In this document: piece after piece, positions 38,751 through 47,922 of the stretch
How the letters are laid out: each line of letters starts with the position of its first letter
How positions within the stretch are numbered: position 1 is the first letter of the stretch
Source of the DNA: an uncultured Acidobacteriota bacterium
GTDB taxonomy: Bacteria > Acidobacteriota > Thermoanaerobaculia > Multivoradales > JAHEKO01
NCBI GenBank assembly: GCA_963713825.1
Contig: CAVQNG010000003.1
Location: forward strand, 160,001 to 224,000
Reading direction: 5' to 3'
DNA length: 64,000 nt
The notes under the pieces: model-generated
The model's database searches: none
Seen by the model: only the letters and a program-made list of their open reading frames with translations
What the model was told of the DNA's origin: nothing
Program-made: the position numbers and the translations under genes

Positions 38751-40070
38751 TTATCTCGTCAAGCGGTAAACGAGGACAGCCACGCGTTTCGTATTGACAG
38801 CGAGTGTCGTCAGATCGACGTGCTCGTCCACCGTGTGCCCCTTCCAGCCGACAGGCCCCAGACCGGCCAGGCCGGCCTCCACGTCCGCCGCCACGAAGGA
38901 AATATCGGCCGCTCCCCTCTCACCCGGGTCGAGGACTTCGAGCTCGCCGAAGCCCAGGTCACGACTGACACTTTCGAACTCGGTCAGGAGGTCGTGGTTG
39001 CCCGGCGAAGGGAACATGGCTGGATACCCGTCTTCGAAGCTGATCTCGGCCTCGGCTCCCGGCAGCGATAGAGCCACGATGGCCCGCATCGCCTCCCTTG
39101 TCCTCTCCTTCTGCTCTTCCGACAAGAACCGTAGGTCACCGTGCACGACAGCGTTCTCAGCGATGATGTTGGTCTTGCCGAAAGCCGTCCCTCGATTGGC
39201 CTGCGGGTCGTAGTCGATCGCGGTGCCACCCAGGATGACTCCCGGATTGAAGGTCAGATACTGCTCGCCACGAATCTGTGAGTAGAAGGCGTCGAGAATC
39301 CGACTCGCCTCGAAGATGGCTCCTGCACCGTTGCTGTCGTCGAAGATCCCAGAGGAGTGGGCCCGTTTCGCGGTCACCCGCAGGGTCCAGAAACTGGCCC
39401 CTCGGCGGGCGATCGTGGCCGTACTTATGTCTCTCACCCCCGCCTCGAAACCCAGTGCGATGTCGCTGCGGCGCCCCGCCTCGATCAGATCTTGGCGCGA
39501 TACCGCCACCGGCTTGCCGGGGTTTTCCTCGTCTCCCGTGAGGGCCACGATGATCTGGGTGTTGTCGAGGGCGCCGGCGTCGCGCAGAGCCTTCAGCGCG
39601 AAGAGGATCACCAGATTGCCCCCCTTCATGTCCTCCGTGCCCGGTCCGTAGCCAATGCCGCCTTCGCGACGGAAATGCTGAAACGGACTATCGGGCTCGA
39701 ACACGGTGTCCAGATGCCCGATCATGAGGATTCGCTTGCCGCGATTCCCTTGCAACTCCGCGAACAGATGATCACCCCGCTCCAGCTCCGCAGGTTGCTC
39801 GATCCATCGAGTCGCAAAACCCAGAGCTCCCAGCTCACGCTCGAAATAGGCACCGACCCGCCGGATGCCCTCGGGGTTCATGGTGCCGCTGTTGATGTTG
39901 ACGAGCTGTTCGAGGGCAGCGATGGCCTCTTCACTTCGCTTGTCCACAGCTTCGACGATCCTCGCCTCGGTCGGATCCAGACTGGCAGCGAGAGTTGGCG
40001 ACAATGCAAAGAGAAGCAACAGTATGACGGCCGCAGTGAGACCGCTGACAGGTCTTCTTCTCATCGGCAT
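38751..40070 (-). CDS. Secreted M20 metallopeptidase (glutamate carboxypeptidase-like)
   Basis: GHLDTVF, GPG..DMKGG, GDEE, H...E near the C-terminus; signal peptide. Confidence 0.9.
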   Translation of the reverse strand: MPMRRRPVSGLTAAVILLLLFALSPTLAASLDPTEARIVEAVDKRSEEAIAALEQLVNINSGTMNPEGIRRVGAYFERELGALGFATRWIEQPAELERGDHLFAELQGNRGKRILMIGHLDTVFEPDSPFQHFRREGGIGYGPGTEDMKGGNLVILFALKALRDAGALDNTQIIVALTGDEENPGKPVAVSRQDLIEAGRRSDIALGFEAGVRDISTATIARRGASFWTLRVTAKRAHSSGIFDDSNGAGAIFEASRILDAFYSQIRGEQYLTFNPGVILGGTAIDYDPQANRGTAFGKTNIIAENAVVHGDLRFLSEEQKERTREAMRAIVALSLPGAEAEISFEDGYPAMFPSPGNHDLLTEFESVSRDLGFGELEVLDPGERGAADISFVAADVEAGLAGLGPVGWKGHTVDEHVDLTTLAVNTKRVAVLVYRLTR

Positions 40071-40115
40071 GAGGACCTCCCCTTTCCATCTCGACTGTTC
40101 AAATCCGGTATCCGC

Positions 40116-40853
40116 CTACGAGCCGGGGTACCACTCACGGAGTCGAATCTCGATCTCCGATTCGCCTTCCAGAGCAGTGCTGAACTGGCCGAGATCCGAG
40201 CCCCGATAGTGGTACGGATAGACAACTGCCGGTTGAAAGGCCTTGACGCACTCGGCCGCCTCTTTCGGTGTCATCGTATAGGGCAGATTCATCGGCACGA
40301 ACGCTACGGCGATATCGGTGAGCTGCTGCATTTCAGGAGTGCACGCAGTGTCCCCGGCGAGATAGAGACGCTTGCCTCCCATCGTCAGGACATAGCCGTT
40401 TCCCCGGCCCTTCTCATGAAAGAGCCCACCCTCCTCGGGCCCACGCTGCAAGTTATACATGGGGACCGCCTCGATCAGGATGCCGGCGAGCTCCTTGGTG
40501 TCGCCGTTGTCCATGACGGTCTCTCCCTCGACCTTGTCGGCCGCCGCAGCGGGCACGACGAGAACCGTCGAGCCCTTGCGAAGCTCGGCGATCATCTCGA
40601 CATCCAGGTGGTCACCGTGGATATCAGTGATCAAGATCAGGTCGGCCTTCGGCGCCTCGGAGTAGTCTCCCCGGCTCCAGGGATCGACGTAGATCACCGT
40701 GTCGCCATGCTCGATCTGAACGCTGCCATGCAAGATCGGCGTGATCCGGAGTTCTCCGCCCTCCGCCGCTACGCTATCCGCTGTTGCGGCGGCAAGCAGA
40801 CTCGCCACCAGAAGCAGGGCCGCTCCCACGACTGAAATTGTTTGCGCTTTCAC
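40116..40853 (-). CDS. Secreted MBL-fold metallo-hydrolase
   Basis: GGGAGG RBS before GTG 40853; TDIHGDH, AVPMYN, YLAGDT, YPYHY. Confidence 0.88.
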   Translation of the reverse strand: MKAQTISVVGAALLLVASLLAAATADSVAAEGGELRITPILHGSVQIEHGDTVIYVDPWSRGDYSEAPKADLILITDIHGDHLDVEMIAELRKGSTVLVVPAAAADKVEGETVMDNGDTKELAGILIEAVPMYNLQRGPEEGGLFHEKGRGNGYVLTMGGKRLYLAGDTACTPEMQQLTDIAVAFVPMNLPYTMTPKEAAECVKAFQPAVVYPYHYRGSDLGQFSTALEGESEIEIRLREWYPGS

Positions 40854-41015
40854 ATCAACCTCCCGACACTGAATCACTTTCATGGACTTACGAAGAGAAT
40901 CATAGGCCATCAGGAAGAGATGAGCTGAGCGGCAATGCCCGCTGTATAGCGGGTACAGAGGTCGGCAGTGGCTTCGTCAACAGAACCAGGTCGCGTGGCG
41001 TCGTAGAATGATGGT

Positions 41016-41612
41016 GTGAGCGAGCTCCTGCAGGACCTGGATCTCGAGGAATCAGCCACCAACTCCGCACCCAAACCCAATCGCATCGAGCAGGTCATCG
41101 TCTTGCTCGCCGACGCGGTCTGGGCCGTGGTCGGACTGGTGCTGTGGATTCCGCAAATCGTCCGCGTGGTGATCACCACGGCGATCCGCCTGGTCCACTC
41201 AGCTCTCACTCGCCAGCCGATCGAAGCCATTCGGGGCCCAATTCGCCGCGTCAGCCGGTTCTACGTCGACGGTTTTCTGACCCCGGGAAGGTCCAGGGCT
41301 TCCGGAGCGTACGCCTCGCGCCAGCCCCGACTCGGCCGCTTCCTCGCTGAGGCGGTCTGGGTCATCGTCGTCTGGTTGCTGGTGCTCCGACTCGTGAGTC
41401 CGCAGATCTTCGACCAGGTCTGGAACGCCATCGCCTCCGTGGCCGCCAGTGCCTGGGGACTCCTGGTGGCTCTGGCACGCGACCTGGCGGCTCGGCTACC
41501 CGAAGGTTTCGGTGCCCTCATCGAGCTCGGCACGGCGCCTCGACTCATTTTGGGAATTCTGGTGATCCTGGTTTTCGTTGGCGGCTTGGTCCTGGGACTC
41601 CGGCGTCGCTGA
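41016..41612 (+). CDS. Hypothetical membrane protein
   Basis: Several hydrophobic segments; fills the gap between two genes. Confidence 0.6.
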   Translation: MSELLQDLDLEESATNSAPKPNRIEQVIVLLADAVWAVVGLVLWIPQIVRVVITTAIRLVHSALTRQPIEAIRGPIRRVSRFYVDGFLTPGRSRASGAYASRQPRLGRFLAEAVWVIVVWLLVLRLVSPQIFDQVWNAIASVAASAWGLLVALARDLAARLPEGFGALIELGTAPRLILGILVILVFVGGLVLGLRRR

Positions 41613-41618
41613 GTCGCC

Positions 41619-42704
41619 TCAAGCCCACTTGTAGACCATGGCGTTGATGTTCATGCCCGCCCCGACCGCGGCGAAGACCACATCATCTCCACGATTCAGA
41701 CTCTGACCATCGATCTCGCCCCGGACAATGAGATCCAACAGAGTCGGAACGCTAGCCACCGAGCTATTGCCGAGATGGGAAATCGTCATCGGCATGATTC
41801 CGCCGGGGATCTCTTCAGTGCCCTCGAGCCGATACAGCCGCCGAAGGATCTGCTCGTTCAACCTGGCATTCGCCTGATGCATCAGCACCTTGTCTACATC
41901 GGCCAGGGAGAGCCCGGCCTTCTGAAGGGTCTCATGCAAGAACCCGGGGACCGTGGTGACCGCATACTCGTAGAGCTTGTGACCCTGCATCTTGAGGAAG
42001 AGCGCGTCGCCCTCATGGTCGGGGTCATAGGAGGTTCCCATCCACATCAACGAGGCATGCTCCAGGGTGTCCGAACGGGCTGCGTGGGCCAGGACCCCGA
42101 CAGGCTCGGCACTGGTCCGGGCCTCCAGGATGGCGCAGCCAGCCCCGTCCGAGTAAAGCATGGCGTCTCTGTCGTGAGGATCTGAAACCCGGGACAGGGT
42201 CTCGGCACCAATCACCATGGCCCGAGTCGCGTCACCCGAGCGCAGGAAGTAGTCGGCCTGGATCACTCCTTGCAGCCAACCGGGGCAGCCAAAGGGCAGG
42301 TCGTAGGCGATGCAACTCGGGTTACGAATTCCAAGTCTTTGTTTCACCCTGGCCGCCAAGCTCGGCACCAGGTCGGTTCTCAAGTTATCGGCCGGTACAT
42401 CTCCGAAATTGTGCGCCACGATGATGTAGTCGAGTGTCTCCCGGTCCAAGCCCGACGCGCGCAGCGCCTCTTCTGCCGCGTTTCCAGCAATGTCCGAGGC
42501 CACCTGATCCTCGGTCACATATCGCCGCTCGGCAATCTCGGTGATGCCCTCGAACTTCTCCAGTACCGTTCGATTGGTGGCCGGATCGATCGCCTCACCG
42601 TAGCCCTTGTAGAACCGGTTGCCAATGAAGTCCTGATTGACAACCCTTCTTGTCGGGACATACCGGCCCGTACCGACGATCACTGAATATCGATCTCTCG
42701 CCAT
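41619..42704 (-). CDS. fabH: 3-oxoacyl-ACP synthase III family protein
   Basis: GTG.Y.P, catalytic Cys (FGCPGW), HQAN, GNSS; VGAGM. Confidence 0.88.
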   Translation of the reverse strand: MARDRYSVIVGTGRYVPTRRVVNQDFIGNRFYKGYGEAIDPATNRTVLEKFEGITEIAERRYVTEDQVASDIAGNAAEEALRASGLDRETLDYIIVAHNFGDVPADNLRTDLVPSLAARVKQRLGIRNPSCIAYDLPFGCPGWLQGVIQADYFLRSGDATRAMVIGAETLSRVSDPHDRDAMLYSDGAGCAILEARTSAEPVGVLAHAARSDTLEHASLMWMGTSYDPDHEGDALFLKMQGHKLYEYAVTTVPGFLHETLQKAGLSLADVDKVLMHQANARLNEQILRRLYRLEGTEEIPGGIMPMTISHLGNSSVASVPTLLDLIVRGEIDGQSLNRGDDVVFAAVGAGMNINAMVYKWA

Positions 42705-42918
42705 CACTGTCGTCCTTCCCGCCACCGTCGATCCACTCGCCACTTCCCCACCTGGCTATCGAGAACGCCTAGAAGGCGCCGCTCTCGCCGCGCCAGGGAA
42801 CCGAGAGGTTACTTCAAACCTCTCCGGGCTCCAAGCGTTCCCACCAAGGGTCGCTCCGATGCTCTAGGCTTCGGTGCCAGGCCATATACTTGCCGGCGTC
42901 AAAGAGGATGATTGGAGA

Positions 42919-44181
42919 ATGGAGAGAGTTGCAATCCTGGGTGCTGGTGCCTCGGGACTCAGCAGTGCCGCACTGCTGAGGGAAAGGGGCTATGAAGTCA
43001 CGCTGTTCGAGGCGGCTGATCGCATCGGTGGGCTGGCGAGGAGCTTCGAGTGGCACGGCTTTCACTGCGACATCGCCCCCCACCGGCTCTTCACCCACGA
43101 CCGCGAGGCGCTCGCGTACCTTCTGCGTCTAGTACCGATGCACAAGCACCGGCGACGGAGCGCGATCTTCATCGCCGGCAAAAAGGTGCACGACCCCGTC
43201 AACCCCGTCGACCTGATCCTGCGCCTGCCACCGCGGATCAGCGGCCACCTCGTCAAGGACTACCTGTTCAAACCAAGCTTGCCCGAGGAGTCTTTCGAGA
43301 ATCTGGCGCTCAACAAGTTCGGCCGCGGACTCTACGATCTCTTCTTCGAGCCCTACACGCGCAAGATGTTCGGCGTCTCACCGGCCGAGATTTCAGTCGA
43401 ATGGGGAAGACAGAAGCTGCGGACCTCCGGACTGCGAGATGTCTTCCGGCGCAACTCGAAGATCTTCTTCCGCCACTTCTACTACCCGCAGCAGGGAGGG
43501 TACGGCGCCATCTGTCAGGCTCTCTACGACAAGGTGGCGAATCGGGTCGAGCTCGAGTCCCGCGTCACCGGCCTCGAGACGGCGAATGGAAGAATCACGG
43601 CGGTCCGTTACGAGCAGGATGGTGTGAGCCACTCCTTCGCCTGCGACCGACTGGTCTCGACCATTCCAGCTACCGTTCTGGGCCGCATGCTGGGCCACGA
43701 GTTCTCCTTGCGCTTTCAACCTGTGACGCTGGTCTACCTGCTCTTCGACAAGCCGAGTGTGATGCCCTATCACTGGATCTACTTCGGGGACGGGGACGTG
43801 GTGATCAACCGCATGGCCGAGTTCAAAAACTTCGCGCGAGGCAGTGTGTCCGAGGACCGCACAGTTGTCGTCGCTGAAGTGACCTCGGCCACTGACGACC
43901 CGTTGGGAGATGTGCTCGCGGCATTCGAGCGCTACGACCTCGCCCATCGTGACGAGGTGCTCGACAGCCTTCTGATTCATGAGTCTTTCGGCTACCCGGT
44001 CTACGACCGGAACTATGAACTGGTTACAGCACAGGCCCGACAGGTGTTCGGCGAATTCGACAATCTCCACCTTGTCGGTCGCAATGCCGAGTTCCGCCAC
44101 ATCGAGGTCGATGAAGACCTGGCCTCCGCCATGAACCTGGTCCGCCAGCTCTCCGGCGACGACCCAAAGAGAGCATCCTGA
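42919..44181 (+). CDS. FAD-dependent oxidoreductase (PPO/UDP-galactopyranose-mutase-like family)
   Basis: ILGAGASGL, GGLARS, D..PH.LF, F.YP..GG.G, YPVY, VGR.AEF. Confidence 0.85.
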   Translation: MERVAILGAGASGLSSAALLRERGYEVTLFEAADRIGGLARSFEWHGFHCDIAPHRLFTHDREALAYLLRLVPMHKHRRRSAIFIAGKKVHDPVNPVDLILRLPPRISGHLVKDYLFKPSLPEESFENLALNKFGRGLYDLFFEPYTRKMFGVSPAEISVEWGRQKLRTSGLRDVFRRNSKIFFRHFYYPQQGGYGAICQALYDKVANRVELESRVTGLETANGRITAVRYEQDGVSHSFACDRLVSTIPATVLGRMLGHEFSLRFQPVTLVYLLFDKPSVMPYHWIYFGDGDVVINRMAEFKNFARGSVSEDRTVVVAEVTSATDDPLGDVLAAFERYDLAHRDEVLDSLLIHESFGYPVYDRNYELVTAQARQVFGEFDNLHLVGRNAEFRHIEVDEDLASAMNLVRQLSGDDPKRAS

Positions 44182-44205
44182 TCCCGCGACCTTTCTGATT
44201 CACAA

Positions 44206-44245
44206 CCCCTATGCCCCTACACCCCTAAGCCCCTACGCCCCTTAT
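44206..44245 (+). repeat. Tandem 8-mer repeat (CCCCTAnn) x5
   Basis: CCCCTATG CCCCTACA CCCCTAAG CCCCTACG CCCCTTAT; related units near 34690-34720, 55945-55965 and 59761-59780. Confidence 0.75.
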
Positions 44246-46172
44246 GAGCCCTCAGAGCCTTCTCGAGCTCGATTCGCTTGTTCCTCTGAGCAGAAGGACA
44301 GCCCAAGTCCTTCTCGGCATTCTTCTGCTCTGGGCGTTTGGACTGCGGGCCTGGAACACCACCCCGGATCTCACTTCGACCCGGTTCTGGGATGAACGCT
44401 ACGGACTCCAGAACATCGAGCTGCTGCTCAGGGATGGAGAGTGGCGTCCGGCTCACGGACTCCATCCGGGCCTCTCGTACCTGCCGCACGCTCTGGTCCT
44501 GAAGGGCAGCGACCTCCTCCACCAGGCTACCGACATCGAATCCTTCGCGGTCCTGCGGCCCAAGAGCGGCTTCACACCGACGGCCTACCTCCTGTGCCGG
44601 CTTCTGCAAGCGCTCTTCGGCACCCTGAGCTTGTGGCTCGTCTATGCGATCGGCACGAGACTCGCAAGCAACCGATTGGGACTCCTGGCGGCGTTTTTGC
44701 TCGCGGTCGTCCCCTGGCACATTCGGCAGTCCGTGATCTACAAAGCGGACATGGTGCTGGTGCTGGCCCTGGTCCTGGCCTTCTATCTGAGCCTGCGCGC
44801 CATCGAGAGACCGACGTTCGCAGCCTACGCTGCCACTGGAGCCGCCATCGGCCTCGCCATGGCGAGCAAGTTCAACGGTGGCCCGGCCGCGATTCCCATC
44901 ACACTCGGCACCCTCCTCAGTAGCCATCGCAGCAAGAGGACCTTTGTCTGGCTGGTGGCCGCAGGCGCGGTGAGCGTCGCCGTCTTCCTGCTGTTCAACC
45001 CCTATGTCCTGCTCGAGCCCGACATCTATCGCAGGTCGATGAGCAGGACCGTCCGGGTCTACGCTCGCAAGGGTGCCTCCAAGGGAGTCGACTCACCGCT
45101 CGACCTGGTGCCGCGCACACTCGAGACCCTGACTTCACCTTCCTTCCACGGTCTCTTCGTCGGCATCGCGGCCCTGGTTGGCCTGGGGGTGCTGACCTAT
45201 CTCTCCGTTCGTTGCCTGAAGCGATCCAGGATCGCACTGTACTGGCTGATGGCGCTCTCTTTTGTCCTCTCCTACTCCGTGCTGTATGCGGTGAGCACCC
45301 CCAATCCGAGCGCGCACAACTGGCTGCCCCTGACGCCGTTCCTGGCCTTGGCCGCTGCCTGGTCTCTTCTCGCACTCTGGTCGATCCTCGGTGAGCTCCT
45401 GCCGGCTCGACAGCGGGGACTCGTTGGAACAGCCGCTGCATTGACCCTCGTCCTCTCGCTGGGCTGGTCCGCCAACGTCTACACCTACAAAAGCACGGTT
45501 CCCTCGACCGGTAACACGGCTCTGGAGCTGCTGAGGCAACGCCTCAGGCAACCCCCGGGTCGACAAGTGCTCTCCGAGTTCGACTTCAAGATCCCACGCA
45601 TGCAGGAGTATCGGAAGGCGCGGCTCGCCCTTCAGCAGGTGGAGTCCCTGCAACTCCTGCCAGGGCGGGACCTCGACAGATTCGACGCCGAGGTCTTCCC
45701 AGGCAGCCGGCTGGCCGATCCAGAGCAGGGCCAGTTCTACCGCGACCGCATGGAGAGGCTTCCCGAGGGTAGGGTCCATGTCATCAGACCTCATCCCTTC
45801 AAGGCATGGGGTCCTGAGATCGTGGTCCTGGTTCACCCGCTGCGGGAAGAGGCGGAGCCGCAGCCGGGCGAATGGGTTCGCAGCCCAGCGGATCGGCGGC
45901 TCTATGTCGCTCAGCTGGACCCACAAAGTGACCTGGAGGGACCCGTTTCCCTCCAGTTCCGTCGGCCCTCCAGGAGCCGGGAGGCCGAGTTGCGAGTCGG
46001 AGGCGAGAGCTCCAGCGTCGTCTCCTTCCGCGGCCCGGATCACAGACCACACCAGATGACGCGCCGTTTCGATCCATCCCCGGAGGTGCAGCTGCGCTTC
46101 GACGTCGCTCCCAAAGCCGACCGGATCGCTTTCATGCTCCGACACTGGCGCCAACCTCCGCCAGGTTATTGA
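44244..46172 (+). CDS. GT-C glycosyltransferase (GT39/ArnT/PMT-like) with a C-terminal extracytoplasmic domain
   Basis: WDE motif in the first loop, GLLAA.LLAV.P.H...S, GLA.ASK, multiple TMs. Confidence 0.85.
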   Translation: MSPQSLLELDSLVPLSRRTAQVLLGILLLWAFGLRAWNTTPDLTSTRFWDERYGLQNIELLLRDGEWRPAHGLHPGLSYLPHALVLKGSDLLHQATDIESFAVLRPKSGFTPTAYLLCRLLQALFGTLSLWLVYAIGTRLASNRLGLLAAFLLAVVPWHIRQSVIYKADMVLVLALVLAFYLSLRAIERPTFAAYAATGAAIGLAMASKFNGGPAAIPITLGTLLSSHRSKRTFVWLVAAGAVSVAVFLLFNPYVLLEPDIYRRSMSRTVRVYARKGASKGVDSPLDLVPRTLETLTSPSFHGLFVGIAALVGLGVLTYLSVRCLKRSRIALYWLMALSFVLSYSVLYAVSTPNPSAHNWLPLTPFLALAAAWSLLALWSILGELLPARQRGLVGTAAALTLVLSLGWSANVYTYKSTVPSTGNTALELLRQRLRQPPGRQVLSEFDFKIPRMQEYRKARLALQQVESLQLLPGRDLDRFDAEVFPGSRLADPEQGQFYRDRMERLPEGRVHVIRPHPFKAWGPEIVVLVHPLREEAEPQPGEWVRSPADRRLYVAQLDPQSDLEGPVSLQFRRPSRSREAELRVGGESSSVVSFRGPDHRPHQMTRRFDPSPEVQLRFDVAPKADRIAFMLRHWRQPPPGY

Positions 46173-46184
46173 TAGCCTAAGCCC

Positions 46185-46682
46185 ATGGCTAAACAGAATT
46201 CTTTCGACATCGTCTCCCAGGTCGACATGGCCGAGGTCAAGAACGCCGTCAATCAGTCGACCAAGGAACTCGTACAACGCTTCGACTTGAAGGGGAGCAA
46301 CTCGAGCATCGAGCTCAACGAAAAAGAGGGCAAACTCGTCCTGGCCTCGGCCGACGAGTTCAAGCTCGATGCGGTCAACGGCATCCTGCAGCAGAAGCTG
46401 GTCCGCCGCGGAGTATCGCTGAAAGCGCTCGACTACGGCACTGTCGATCCGGCGGCACAGGGTTCCGTACGCCAGACCGTGACGCTGCAGCAGGGAATCC
46501 CCATCGAGCAGGCTCGCGAGATCGTCAAGGTGATCAAAAAAGCCAAGCTCAAGGTGCAGGCTTCCATCAACGACGACATGGTGCGGGTTTCCGGCAAAGA
46601 CCGCGACGCCCTGCAGGAAGTCATCGCTATCGTCAAGGAGCAGGACTTTCCCATCGACATGCAGTTCACCAACTACCGCTAG
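46185..46682 (+). CDS. yajQ: YajQ family nucleotide/c-di-GMP-binding protein
   Basis: SFDIVS, RFDLKG, QQGI, RVSGK.RD.LQ, QFTNYR. Confidence 0.95.
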   Translation: MAKQNSFDIVSQVDMAEVKNAVNQSTKELVQRFDLKGSNSSIELNEKEGKLVLASADEFKLDAVNGILQQKLVRRGVSLKALDYGTVDPAAQGSVRQTVTLQQGIPIEQAREIVKVIKKAKLKVQASINDDMVRVSGKDRDALQEVIAIVKEQDFPIDMQFTNYR

Positions 46683-46719
46683 CGGTAGGCCTGGACCGAC
46701 GAGACGCTGAAAGGGAATC

Positions 46720-47910
46720 TTGAGCGGCCCTCTCGCTATCGAAGCCCCGGATATCGACGTCGCCGACCGGCTGGTCTGTCTCGGTCACGGGGAGGACTTC
46801 GCGACCCAGGGGAGCTCCCTGTCGCCACCCATCGTCCAGACCTCCCTCTTTCGCCATGGTTCACAAGAGGAGTTGGTCGCAGGGCTGGCGGCTGAGAATC
46901 GATCGCATGTCTACACGCTAGGACAGAACCCGACGGTCGAGGCCATCGAGACCAAGCTGGCACAGCTCGAGCGGGGAGAAGCCTGCAAGTTCCTCGCCTC
47001 GGGGATGGCGGCCATCAGCTCCGTCCTCTTCAGTTTGACCAGGGCCGGCTCCCACGTTCTCTTCGTCAACAACACCTATGGGCCGACCCTGGAGCTCGCC
47101 GAGCGGCTTACCACGTTCGGCGTGGAGCACGATGTCGTCCTGGACAATGACCTCGACGCCATCGCCGGCGGCCTGCGTCCGAACACCTCCGTCGTGTGGC
47201 TCGAGAGTCCGGGAACCATGATGTTTCGACTCCTCGATGTCGGCCAGGTCGCAGAGCTGGCCAGACAGCACGGGGCCATGACTGTGATGGACAACAGCTG
47301 GTCGACACCGTTGTTCCAGAAGCCCCTGGAGAAGGGCGTCGACCTGGTGGTGCATGCGGCTACCAAGTACATGGGAGGGCACAGCGACGTGGTGGCAGGC
47401 GCCATTGTCGGCTCGGACGAGCTGCTAGAGCGGATCTTCTTCGACGCCTATCTCTTGCTCGGGGGTGCTCTCGGACCAGTGGATGCCTGGCTCGTGAATC
47501 GGGGCCTGAGAACGCTTCCCACTCGGATGCAGCAGCACCATGCCGATGCACTGACGGTCGCCCGGTTTCTCGATGCCCACCCCAAAGTGCGGCGGGTCTT
47601 TCACCCCGCTCTGGCCGGGGATCCCGCCCTGGTGACCCGTCAATTGCGGGGATTCGCCGGCCTGTTCAGCTTCGAGCTCGACACCGAGAGCTACCCGGCG
47701 GTGGCCGCGTTCATCGACCGTTTGAAGCTCTTCCGAGTCGGTGTGAGCTGGGGGGGAGTGGAGAGCCTGGTCCTTTCCCCCAACCACGGCACCAATGCGC
47801 CGAGCCTGGCGGCGCAACGCATTCCTCCTGGCACGGTGCGACTCTCGGTCGGTCTCGAGGGTGCCGAGACGCTCATTCAAGACCTCGACCAATCCCTGGA
47901 CGCTTTCTAG
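46720..47910 (+). CDS. PLP-dependent trans-sulfuration enzyme (cystathionine/methionine lyase family)
   Basis: PPIVQTS, NPT, ASGMAAI, ESP, DN, ATKYMGGHSDV (PLP lysine), GVSWGGVESL, RLSVGLE. Confidence 0.92.
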   Translation: MSGPLAIEAPDIDVADRLVCLGHGEDFATQGSSLSPPIVQTSLFRHGSQEELVAGLAAENRSHVYTLGQNPTVEAIETKLAQLERGEACKFLASGMAAISSVLFSLTRAGSHVLFVNNTYGPTLELAERLTTFGVEHDVVLDNDLDAIAGGLRPNTSVVWLESPGTMMFRLLDVGQVAELARQHGAMTVMDNSWSTPLFQKPLEKGVDLVVHAATKYMGGHSDVVAGAIVGSDELLERIFFDAYLLLGGALGPVDAWLVNRGLRTLPTRMQQHHADALTVARFLDAHPKVRRVFHPALAGDPALVTRQLRGFAGLFSFELDTESYPAVAAFIDRLKLFRVGVSWGGVESLVLSPNHGTNAPSLAAQRIPPGTVRLSVGLEGAETLIQDLDQSLDAF

Positions 47911-47922
47911 GACACTAAAAGC

